This document shows positions 49,922 through 61,783 of a stretch of 64,000 nucleotides of DNA, one piece after another. Under the pieces are notes generated by a model. The model did not search any database, was not told where the DNA came from, and was given only the letters and a program-made list of their open reading frames with translations. Both the position numbers and the translations under genes were made by a program. Where the stretch lies: the NCBI GenBank assembly GCA_964188305.1, contig OZ076895.1. One strand, 5' to 3'. Each line of letters begins with the position of its first letter. The stretch's first letter is position 1. This stretch comes from Podarcis bocagei. Lineage: Eukaryota.

Positions 49922-52900
49922 CTTGAAAGAGGGGGAAATATGGAATGAGTATTCAAAATAACTTCACTGTAAGTTTTAAAGGATGCATGGCTCTCAGTGA
50001 AAAAATATGAATTTCATTTACTACAGAGGATGCTGAACACATAAGGTAACAGGTATATATGCCCTCTCAAACATTAAGAGGGATAGAATAACTATAAAAC
50101 AAAATGGATTTTTTTTTAAAAAAACCCAGTAATTTCACCACCCATACACTGGAGCTGTTACATTGCTTCCCACTGGTTGCTACTGAACAAATGCAAAACA
50201 TGCTCTACCCATGTTTGCTTCTGGATGCCTTCAGTAGGGAATGTGGCCCTCACACTGATAAATTCTGATTCCTTCTGATCTAGAAGGAAAATCTGTAAGG
50301 ATCCTTCAAGAGAACAAATTGTGAATACTCTTGACAATTCTGTGAGTCTAGAGAAACCCTCACCCAATGCATCAAGCCTATCCTTGGATGGCCCCACAAG
50401 ATCTTGAGAAACAGCATCCCAGAGCCCACACACTGAATGGGCTTTACTCAGTAATCAAGTCAGAGAGCTTAGAGGCTCTTTCCATACCAAGAAAACCTAA
50501 TGCAAATAGAGCATTTAAGGTCTCTGCCTTGCATGCATTTGTGCAATTTCAATGAGCAGCCTTCAACCGCACAAGGTTGAAATAGCTCAGGTTAAATACG
50601 TATAAGTTGTGGTTGTAATATATAGTACTTTAGGACCTTGGGAGCTGTAAGGTATTACAGTCAAACCTCGGGTTACAGCTGCTTCAGGTTGCGTTTTTTT
50701 GGGTTGCGGACTGCCGAAACCCGGAAGTACCAGAACGGGTTACTTCCGGGTTTCGGCAGTCGTACATGCGCAGAAGCACTGAATCGCAACCCGCATGTGC
50801 GCAGACGCAGGTTGCGAACGCTGCGGGTTGTGAACGTGCATCCCGCACGGATCACGTTTGCAACCCGAGCGTCCACTGTACTCCTGATCATCAAAAGCTA
50901 AACTAATTCAGAAAAGAGAGTTGCATACAGATTTCCTTAAATTAACAACAAAAGTAACACTTACCATGATCACTAAACAGGAGTTGCTTCCACTTTTGTC
51001 TTTCTGCCTCTGAAGCTTTAAATCCCAGCACAGATTTTAATTCCTGCAGCACTCTCTTGGATTCCTCTCTTTCACGTTTTTGCCTCTCTCTGTCTTCCAG
51101 GGAAAAGTAATAAAAGTCATCTCTTTTATACTCGCTGTCTATATCTGCATCATCAACATATGCTTCAAGTTCCTGAGGAAAAAGTTAACAAACATCTTGT
51201 TGCATCTAAAAATTACTCAAATACTACAAGACAGTGATGGTTCCTAACCATTTATTTAAACTACAAGATTTGGATCCCAAGTATGGTTTATAGGCCAAAG
51301 GGAATTCTGAAATAACTCTACCAATATTTAAAAGAATGTTAATTAAGGTCACTTATGGTATTTCAGGTTTATATAGTTCAGACACACAAAGGCTGTGAAC
51401 AGATTCTCTAGGGTGGCTGAAATGTTTAGTTGACAATAGTAACCCACTTTCTTAAACACTTTGTATATTTAAAAGGATGCTTCACCACTAGTATCATAGC
51501 CTTATATCCAAGGTGTCACATGTTAAGAAAATGCCAAGGTTGGAGAAATCAGTGGCCTGCCATTAGTTATTGGACTACAACTCCCATCATTCCTGTTCAC
51601 TTGTCATGCTGATACAGGTTGATGCGAAGGCTATAGGTTTTTCATTCCTGCTATATACCTAGCACTAGACTCTTATCCTATATAACAACAGCAGAAATTT
51701 TCTTTGCCAGCACAAACATTACAACAAATAAAGATAGCAAGTGACAAGATGCAACTGACAACCATTTTCATCATGTTCAAGCTTCCACTCTATGAGAAGC
51801 GAATTTTTGGTACATTTTAAATGTATATTTTTATTAGGGTTTTCCAGAATAAGTAAATACATAAGCAGAGGACTTTATCTGTTGAATAAAGTATGCTGAT
51901 ACAACTGAAGAACACTATTATACTTCCCTCAATCATCAAATAAACATACACATATTGACACATTTTGTGAATTTTGCAGACTATAATATTTGTACCTGTT
52001 CTTCAGGGATTGGGTCTTTATCCTCTATATGCACAGATGGTTGCAGCAAAGGTACCATGGTGCAATGCTTGTTCTCACATGATGGTTCAGGATTGCCTGG
52101 AGTTAGTAGAGAAGCAGCAGAGAAAGTAGGAGTCAGCAGAATTGGGTTTTTGTTTTTTTTAATGTCAACCCATTGGACTCTTGTCAGCTAATTTCCCCTT
52201 CCCTACCTAAATCTGCCCCAAAGGGCTAGAAGAATCCATTAGCAGGTAGACACTGTCCTAAGTTTTAATTACTTTTTATTTAAAAATAAACATAATAAAC
52301 AACTTAAGGACATCAGTTGATATTTTTAGAAGTCATGAATCACCGCTGAAAGTACACAGTGGATCCCATGAATTTATAGCAAGCTCAGATCTACTGCTAT
52401 GAACAATCAAGATAGTATCTCCTTCCAGATTTATGCCCAAAGTCTGAGTTCATGTAGCCCTTCACTTATGTAAATCAGAAAGATATATACAATCCACATT
52501 ACCTTTTTGATGCATTTTAAAAACCTACTTACAAACCCAGGCATTTTGCTATTGCAATACTGGAGTTACTATTTACCACATATATGACTACCTACTGTAG
52601 ATTTTATTTTACCATGACTGGAATTTCTAAATGCTTTTGTGAAGACAATTTACCTTTTTTCTCTGGATTTCTTCGAACCATTTTTTCCACCTGAGAAACT
52701 GCCTCTTCCCAGCAGCTGTTGCTTGCTTGCATGTGAGGTTGAACAAGTCTTAGTTTTGTTTCTACAACTTGGTAGGCCTCCAAAGTTAGTTCTTGGCTTT
52801 CCTTGGAACTAATAAACTTCTCAAGTTCATCCTCAAGAATTATTACTCTGGACCAAAAACAACAACAAACCATTTAATTAGTACACAAATCAAATATTTT

Positions 52901-55900
52901 ATGGACCTGCTGTGGGCAGTGAGTTGATGTGACTGCAGTTATAAGTTTCCAGATTTTATATCCTCCTTTTTTATTCTAATGGTCTATCAGTTTTACCTAT
53001 GTGGGCAGAGCCCATATGTATGATATCAAAGTGCCAGAAGCAACTGGTCAGGGCTTAAAGGGTGAACTTAGTTTTAGACAAGTAATCCAAGCCTTTGAAA
53101 CAGCAGTGAAAGACCACAATCATTGCACAGTGTCTAGCAGCTGTTCTAATGAAGGCTAGAGAGAAATCCATAAATTCATAAGAACAACTTCACTTGTGGA
53201 ATGACGTTATAAAACAGTGAAAAGACATACACTTTTCATATAGAAAGTCCTGCATTCAATTCCCTGCATCTCCATCTAAAAAGACATTCAGAAAGATCCT
53301 GAATCCTGGAGTAAGTCCCACTAAACTCAGTGAGAATTAGTTCTATGTAGACATGCATAGGGACGTGGGTGGCGCTGTGGGTTAAACCACAGAGCCTAGG
53401 ACTTGCCGACCAGAAGGTCGGCGGTTCAAATCCCCGCAATGGGGTGAGCTCCTGTTGCTTGGTCCCTGCTCCTGCCCACCTAGCAGTTCGAAAGCACGTC
53501 AAAGTGCAAGTAGATAAATAGGTACCGCTCCGGCGGGAAGGTAAACGGCGTTTCCGTGCGCTGCTCTGGTTTGCCAGAAGGGGCTTAGTCATGCTGGCCA
53601 CATGACCCTGAAGCTGTACGCCAGCTCACTCGGCCAATAAAGCGAGATGAGCGCCGCAACCCCAGAGTCGGCCACGACTGGACCTAATGGTCAGGGGTCC
53701 CTTTACCTTTACCTATGCATAAGTTTACACTGTAAACCTTTGGCAAGTGAATGAAGAGATTATTAGGGAACTAGTAAACATTTCTGCTTCAAAGCATGTC
53801 TGAAGGATTAATATGAATAGATGTACACATATCAGCAACGGTGGTATTGTTTAAGAACACACACCCATGTTTTCTTTTTTAGTTTAACCCTAGCCTAAAC
53901 AAGTAGGCATAGTACCAAAATGGAATCAGTTTTCTGTTCCCTCTCATTAAAAAATTATCAGTACAGTACAATCATTTCCTTTAGTGGTAATCTCAGTAAA
54001 ACAAGTCATTAATGCACACTTGCTCACAGAGTTAAGCCCACTGATTTTCATGAAAACATACTAAAATAGGTGGGCTTCAGCAAACATAAAACTCTGTTAG
54101 GTTGTGGTCTCTTGCTTTTTGTATGTATTATTCAACAGTCTGACTCCTCTGCAGTTCTCATATAGCCAGTTCCAAATATCAGCCCTGTAATTAACCCCCA
54201 ATGTTGTCTTAATAGTATTGTATATAATTACACATGCAGTTGTGTACAGCTAGTACAAGAAACACACCTCTTTACTGAACGTAAATTAGATTGTTTAATT
54301 AAATAAGAGCTAGAATAACAAGGCAAAGAGGTTACAGCAATATCTGCCTCAATAAATCTTATCAGTAGTTTCCGATTGCAACATTAAATATTACTTTCTT
54401 TTCTAAAAAACTTGAACTACAACTCAAATCAAACTACAGGTACTGGTATCGGAACACAATGCGTTCCCAGGCAATCATTCATTAGAGAGCAGTTGCACAA
54501 CAAGCTGATGATTTCCATTATCTCCTATGGGAACATTTCTAATCCGTGGGTTCTCTCTCCATGCTTTCTGCCCAAAACTGCTGCGGCCAATCAGCAAAAG
54601 CCAAACAAAGGAAAAACTGAATTGCCCGATCTCCCCTGTTCCCTGATCTGTCTCCCTCCATGGTTTCTGCCCCAAATGGCTTCAGCTAATCAGCAAAACA
54701 GAAACAAGCAAGGAAGTGGACAAACTCTGGCTGTTCTGATATCTAAATCAGCCGTTTGTGTAGCGAGGTTTGGGTATACTTCTTTGTGTTCAGATAACTG
54801 AGATTTCAGATAATAAGCATTCTGACAGTGGACCTGTGTGTAGTAACAAATCACTCCCAGAGAACAGCTTACTCATTAAGCAAGGCCTTCAGATGGAGTT
54901 GTAGGCTGCGCACTGCTGTGTGGAGACGATTTAGTTCTCTTGACTTTTGTTCGGTTTTGACTGAACGTTCCAAACCAGATTGATGGTGTGTTTCAAAGTA
55001 CCGATAAAATTCATAGCTCCGTTTAAGCTCTTCTAAACAGGCAGCATGTGCATGACGAAGACCCTGAGTCACATCAGTAAAGGTCGAAAGTGGCAAATGT
55101 TCTGGCCTAATCAGCGTCTTGATAGATGCATTGGAGGGGGACAGCAGAAGAATTAGCCGCCTGAAGAATTCAGAACTTTGTCCAACCCAAAGTTGAAATA
55201 AAACCTACAAATACAGAAAAGTTATTATAACCCTAATTGTTACAGAAAACAATAACATTTTGTTTTTCCTGCTTTTCCATACATTGTAAGCAATTCAAGA
55301 ATAATATGATTACCAAACCACTAAAACTTTTTTTTAAAAGGTTTACAATGAATATCAATATCGGGGCAGGGTACAAGAAAATATACATTGCAGATAAACA
55401 ACAACAACAAAACTAAAACAATATAAAAGAGACTACAAATAGAATTTAAGGTAGCTAAACTCAACTGGGTAAGACACACAATAAGTCACTTAAAACCTTT
55501 AGCCAACAAGTAGGCTTTAACTAGCTGCTAAAAGACCAAGTTGGCACCTGGAAGGGGAGGACATTCCACAAAGAGAGTGCTGCCACAGAGACCACCTTGG
55601 GGTGTAGTCAGGCAGAGCAGAAATGTTTTAAATGAATGACTTATTCAGTTATGTAAGAGCTACAGTCGTACCTTGGATCCTGAACACCCTGGAATTTGGA
55701 TGTTTTGGCTCCCGAATGCAGCGAACCCAGAAGTGATTGTTCCGGTTTGTGAATGTTCTTTGGAACTCGAACATCCAGTGTGCTTCTGCAGCTTCTGATT
55801 GGCTGTAGGAGCTTCCTACAGCCAATCAAAAGCTGCAATTTGGTTTTTGAACGTTCCGGAACGGATTCCGTTTGACCTCCAAAAAACTACTGTATTTCTA

Positions 55901-58900
55901 TTAAAACCTCTAACAGAGAGACAGAGAGAGATTGGTTGTCTGACTCTTTGGATCCGCCTCAATGGCCTATAACTGCTGGAACTCATCCAGTGCCCTCTTT
56001 TTAAACAATTATATTAAATAGTAGAAAAAAGATGCAAATCAGGGATTTCCCAATTTTCTATGCTATAGCAATTTATTCTGATAAATATCAAGAGTCCACA
56101 ACTAAAGCTTACGAAAGGTAACAAACGAGTCCAGCCCAAAGATGTAAGTTAACTTAATATATTCCAGGCAGCTGACTTGAGCCCTGGACTGGATGGGTTT
56201 TTTAAAGTTAGTTAACAGGCTCAGTCAGGTTTTCTTGCTTAATTGCTACAAGTGGAAAGTAGTTACAAAATAGGCCAATGTTAAACCTGAAGGCTGGATT
56301 ACTTTTAATGCTGGCAGGCTGAAGCCATCTGTGAGATTGTGTGCTTCTTCCTCAGACACCTGCTCTTCACTGAGTCCAAGGCCCAATTCTTTGAAAGGCA
56401 CCACACAGATGTAGTTTGTCACATTGTCGCTCTCAGAATTCAGTGGGTAAGTTTAGTTAGTGTTAAGGCAGTTAAAGAAGCTTTTGTATGACATGCAACT
56501 TGGGCAAACATGAGATAGTTCTAACAAGTTTCAGAATAAAGACATTTTTGTTCCCAAAAACCCCCACAAGTGATTTGATTGGTGTGTTTTTTTCTATCTA
56601 GCAAACAATCATGAACAAAAAACTGTTAACAAAATTGAAACTGACAGGATTCATCTCAAGTGTTAATCCATCTTTATTGAATGCCAAAATTTATCTACAT
56701 TAAAAAGAACACTAATCAATACCACATACAATATTCAAAGAGGGGCAATCCATTGGCCCACACTTCAACATATGGCTAAATAGTGCGGTCGGTGGAGCAT
56801 GAGACTCTTAATCCCAGGGCTGTGGGTTTGCACGCCATGTTGGGCAAAAGATTCCTGCATTACAGGGGGCTGGACTAGATTATCCTTATGGTCCCTTCCA
56901 ACGCTGCAATTCTATGACCTCTACTCCAAAGACAGGAGGAGGAATTGCAGTTGAGCCATGTACATAAAATTTTATCTCTGTACAGTAGGCTAGTTTCCCC
57001 CCCCCCCTCTTTCTCTCACAAACAACACACACACACACTCCTCTCTATTCTTTATCCAGGAAAGGAAGAAGCATTATCAGAATATTCAAGCCAGGCAAAA
57101 ACATTTAAGGAGAGTGCAAAGTAGCACAAGTGAGGAATGTGACCTGGTGAAAGTCATGAAAGCCAGACAGGGAGTCCTGGAAGATTGCCTTTGGCTGCTG
57201 GGCCTGAGGGTCCCCATCCCAGGGTTAGTGTGCTGGACTGACACCAAGGAAACCAGATTAAAATCTCCACTCAGCCATGAAGTGGGTCAATCCTTAACTT
57301 AGCCAGGGTTCTTGCAAGCATAAAGGGACGCATGTGCTGCATGGTAGATTGAAAAAATTGTTATGAAGAAAACCAAACAATGGAGTTAGTGAATATGTAG
57401 GATATTAAGGCCAAGGACAAGAAACACAAAGTTATGTTAAGTTCTTGAGACAAAATGAACATAAAAAGAGGTCCAGCAATCATTAATTCTGTATTACATC
57501 TATTTAGCCTTTTCCAGTATGTCCTATTTTTTTAAAAAAGGATATTGTTTCAGCATATACAAGGTAGCAAGCCTTGACGCTCTGAAGTTGGCTCGTACTG
57601 ACCGATAAACTGCTTTCCGAAGACCAATGAGATGCTGACAAGGATGCTGTCCGGCTTTATTATATGGGCAAGCAGCACTGACCCTGTCAAGCAAACTTGA
57701 AAAGTAAAATGTGATACAACTGTACAGATGTCCTAAGTAATGATAAAAATACAAAATAAATCAGTATTATCATCTTACATGTTTTCATTTTATGTAATAT
57801 ACCTTCATGCATATCGAGAAATTGAACAATTATTTCATTATTATACAAATTAAAGAAGCCCACACGTTGCTAGTAGCAATGTATAAAGTCATTCAAACTT
57901 TAATCCCGCTTTAAAAGTGACGAGAAAGACAACACATTTACATAAACAAATATCATGACTTTTAGGATTGCTTCTGTCTTTATATGCAAAAATTCCTATC
58001 TGTCTTTCCCAGTCTTCAGAATCCTATATTTCATGTTTTTATAAAGAAATATATTTCTGCCAGGCTTTCAGACTGAAGAAGCTAAGTGACAAAAGGCATG
58101 AGCCACAGGTTTATTGTGGTCTTCCAAATCCTTAATAGTGAGCATGTGGCAGCTACCCATTGCAGCTGCTTCTGGCACACGATATCATTAAGAGGCTTCC
58201 TTGCTCCATACCCTCAAAAACTGCTCCTGCAGATCATGAAGCAATTGATGAAATGAGAGATTCAGAAATGGAAGTGCCTTTTGCTAATGCTCTGAGCTGG
58301 ATCCTAGCCACTAACGTTTTATTGTTTTAAAGCTGGAGAACTAGACTATTTTCTTCACACGGTCCATCTGCAAAAATAAAATATAAGTATTTTGCCTCAG
58401 GGTTTGCTCAGACTGCAGCTAACACTTAGCTCTTTTGAAGTACCGTTTTAACTATAATATTAACTATTCTTAATTGTATGCTACCTTGCCAACAATAAGC
58501 TTGGATTGTCTTACCCCATGCCTAAACATTCCACAAGACAATCTCTTTTTTTTTGTCAGTAAAGCTCAATTCAGACTAATTCTCTGCATTTGGGAACTTC
58601 GCTTACTGTAAGATGGCTACACTTTTATTTATACATGTAGCTGCTTGCATTTGCAACCTACACAGCAGATCTAGTATTAGAAGCACATGCTCTGTAAATA
58701 GAGATTAAAATATTATGTACACATGAGAATGTTTAAGCAACAAACTCTGGATAGTATTGCTGTTTCTTGTTCTTTATGAAGTATGTTAGAAGTAATCTTT
58801 GAAGCCAATATACATCTAGACTCTTATAACTCAGAGTAGCCATTCATCTAAAAACAGAATTGGAAACAAATAATCCCCTAAACACATGTTGTTAAATTAT

Positions 58901-61783
58901 GTTGCATTTAAAGGTTCCGAAGTGTTATGGGGTGGAAGAGGGCTTTCCATAACCCGTATAATGTTCTACATGTTTAAAACATCTCTCTAAAACTATTCTT
59001 AAGCAAATTACATGTCATTCAGGAGAAAAATAAATTGTAAGGAAATATGGTTTTGAATAATGCAAAATCCAAATGAAATCTTAATACAAATGAATCTTAA
59101 ATACGAAACATTTTAATATTTGTGAAGTAAAAATTGGTCCCCAAAAGAAGTGTGCACTTTTTGAATTTGGTATATTTGCAACCAAAGCATATGAAAATTT
59201 AGGAATGAATCTCTTGAGGAAAGTTTGTAGCAGGCACTTGGAAAAAGTTAAAAGCTGCTTCATCAGGATTGGGGTTTTTTTTAGGCGAGACACACATCTA
59301 ATGTTTGTTTTGCATGTAGATTTGGCTTCCTTCAGCTCCAAAGTACGAAAAATTGTTTATTATGAGTTAATTGACCTTTTTCTTTTTATCAGACTACCAG
59401 GAAGAACACAACCAACCAGCTGTGAAGCTCTTCAATGCGTGTGTCTTTTGCAGGTACTTTTTACTTAAATGCTTAACGCGGAGGTTGCCGAAAAATTGCG
59501 CCAAACGTATCAAAACCCACGTCATTCCCATTCATGCCCTTGTTATCTCCTTTCCACGAATCAGCTTGATTTAGGTACCAGTGACTTGAGTTTCATGACA
59601 AATATGTTGTGCGAATAAGTGAAACATCTTAGATTTAGACATTTTAAAGGAAAAGTTTATTCACTCCTGGTTAAACAGGGATGCTTGAACCAATTAATAA
59701 AATAACCTAAAAATCAGACTCACAGAGTAAATCCTCTGGAAATGACTTCAGTTTCTTGAATGAGCCGTAGAGATTTTCTCACAAGGTTAGTGAAGGCTCG
59801 ACAATTAGTCACCATATCTTCTAGCTGGAGCTGGCATTTTCTTAGAGACATTTGCAGCTTGGCTGTGTTCAGTGTGTCCAAACCTCGTATGCACATGTAA
59901 ACCAACAAGCCTACTCCCCCCACCAATCCAAGAGATCCATTCCATGAAGACGGAAGAATAAACAGCACGCTGATGAAGGCAAATAGTAATGAGATATCCC
60001 TGCAAAACAAAATAATAATAATAATAATAAATTTTATTTATATCCCGCCCTCCCCAGCCAAAGCCGGGCTCAGGGCGGCTAACAACAATAAAACAGTACA
60101 AAAGTACAAATAGCCAGTATAAGCCACATCTTGCTTTTTTGCAGCTTGCTCAGATTCTGGGCATGCCAGCTGTTGCCCAGCTTTCATTAAAAATAAAGAA
60201 CAGCAATGAAAAGTATGATTGTCATATGAAGGAAACCATGATATCAATAGGTATGGAACTATACAGAGTCCTAACTCAATTTTCTGGAGATGGATCTTTA
60301 TGTTTTAAAGTGTCTTTAAGAAAGTATTTTTGCTCCCCTGAAACATAAGTAAAAGCTGTCAATATAAGTTAATCAAGAAACCCAGTATCTTAGTATAGCT
60401 GTGACTGGGTAACAGTAGCTCTCTCTGCCTTAAAAACAAATGGTAGCAGTAAGAACAGGAATTCATGCTATTTCTAATTTAGGTATTATTTTGTGTGAAA
60501 TGTATGTCCTTGATTTCTTTTAAAACCTTTTTTCAAAAATTACCCTGCTAATACCAATATAATAGGACAGCAGAAGGGGGACATATTTCTTCAGGGAACC
60601 AAATGCTGATCTACTGACAGTTTTGTTTTTCAAGTTTCTGATTCATTTTATCTGACCATCACAGTCCAAAAGTGCACACTTGGTTTCCTTTAAAGCAGAA
60701 TATGAAAGACCTTTTCGTGGCATCATTTCAAATGGCTTGCTCATTATTTTTCTTAAAACCATATATGCTCAACAGCAAAGCTTCTCTCACTTGCTTTTGT
60801 CACATTTGCAGAATTGTTACAAAATTGTTGCAAAATACCAGTCTCTGCAGGGACACTAAAACATTCAACATGAATAAGTCTAGTTCCCTTCTTGCACGTT
60901 ATAAACTGTGACAAATTTGCATTTTCGTATCAAATGCTACTTCCTGAAACATTGGTCATTACAACACTATGTGTGCAACCCATGTAATCTAAAGAATGGA
61001 GCAGAAAAACCAACAGAATTGCCTAAAATGAACCAGAGACATAATATTCATATATATTCTACATCCAGGCTTGTATAGTGAGCCTCTCCCAAGACGAGAA
61101 AAAAAGATTTTAATTAAATGATGCAAAATCCAAAGAAACCTGAATTTGTGAGAAACAGCACACTCTTTCCATTATCCTCAAATAAACGTATCGGGGAGGT
61201 GGGTGGGGGAGAGTATGTTAAAGTAACCGAGAACACAGGCCCACAAAATAGAAAGCTCACTAAGAAAAATGAGCTTATCAATTGCCAGAGCAGTAAAAAT
61301 CAATGCAAGAGATAGGGTAATAAACTGTTAAGAAGGGAATATTCACATGCACACTTGTGGATAACCATCTTCAAAATTTAACACCTAGGAAAATATGCTC
61401 CTGCTGTACACTGCACAAATTAATGCAAAACAAAGAATACATAAAAGGTGAAGTCAATTCTAAATCCATGGGATAGAAGGTTGAATAATAAGAACCAGAA
61501 AGAAAGAAAGAAAGACAATTCCTGTTCTCTAAGAGGTTATATATGTGAAGAGCAAGATACTTCCTCCAACAGAGCTTGTAATCTATGCAGATAGCCCAAG
61601 GCAATACCAAATATTAGGAGTTGCTAGGGAGCGTAGCGTTGGAAGATGTCCATGTTCCTGTTGCTTGGGCTGCCCTGCAGACAGGATACTGGGGTCAAGT
61701 AGCTCAATCAGTTCAACATCCTCCTGCAGCAGAACTTCCTGTTGCAGGATGGTGCAGAGAGCCTCCGAGCGAAAACCAACATC
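49359..61783 (-). CDS. VEZT: Vezatin, last nine coding exons (5' exons not found in the window)
   Basis: Exons 61783-61608, 59999-59724, 57683-57546, 56450-56303, 55204-54873, 52847-52654, 52096-51996, 51172-50965 and 49921-49359 are phase-consistent. Motifs [92 protein letters not shown]. Confidence 0.96.
50658..50878. mobile_element. Tc1/mariner (Tigger-like) MITE
   Basis: Imperfect TIRs cagtcaaacctcgggtt / aacccgagcgtccactg; TA flanks; CpG-rich internal palindrome. Confidence 0.75.
50965..51172 (-). CDS. VEZT: VEZT exon
   Basis: [15 protein letters not shown]...[34 protein letters not shown]; cag / gtaagt. Confidence 0.93.
51996..52096 (-). CDS. VEZT: VEZT exon
   Basis: [34 protein letters not shown]; cag / gtacaa. 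Confidence 0.9.
52654..52847 (-). CDS. VEZT: VEZT exon
   Basis: [11 protein letters not shown]...[29 protein letters not shown]; cag / gtaaat. Confidence 0.93.
53360..53714 (+). mobile_element. Sauria-type SINE, full length
   Basis: tRNA-like head with B-box-like ggttcaaatccc; (ACCTTT)n tail; TSD atgcata at 53353-53359 and 53715-53721. Confidence 0.9.
54873..55204 (-). CDS. VEZT: VEZT exon
   Basis: [22 protein letters not shown]...[15 protein letters not shown]; tag / gtaagc. Confidence 0.94.
55663..55892. mobile_element. Tc1/mariner (Tigger-like) MITE
   Basis: ta|cagt...actg|ta termini; internal hairpin gcagcttctgattggctgtagg..cctacagccaatcaaaagctgc. Confidence 0.65.
56303..56450 (-). CDS. 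VEZT: VEZT exon (after U12 acceptor)
   Basis: [49 protein letters not shown]|gtaatc. Confidence 0.93.
56451..57545 (-). other. U12-type AT-AC intron in VEZT
   Basis: 5' ATATCCTTT; branch CCTTAAC at 56468-56462; ends in AC; restores MLKHYPLNS. Confidence 0.92.
57546..57683 (-). CDS. VEZT: VEZT exon (alternative acceptor at 57695; ends at U12 donor)
   Basis: [45 protein letters not shown]|atatcctttt. Confidence 0.92.
59724..59999 (-). CDS. VEZT: VEZT exon (transmembrane region)
   Basis: [19 protein letters not shown]...[13 protein letters not shown]; cag / gtgagt. Confidence 0.94.
61608..61783 (-). CDS. VEZT: VEZT exon
   Basis: [38 protein letters not shown]...LATPNIW; aag / gtattg. Confidence 0.93.
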
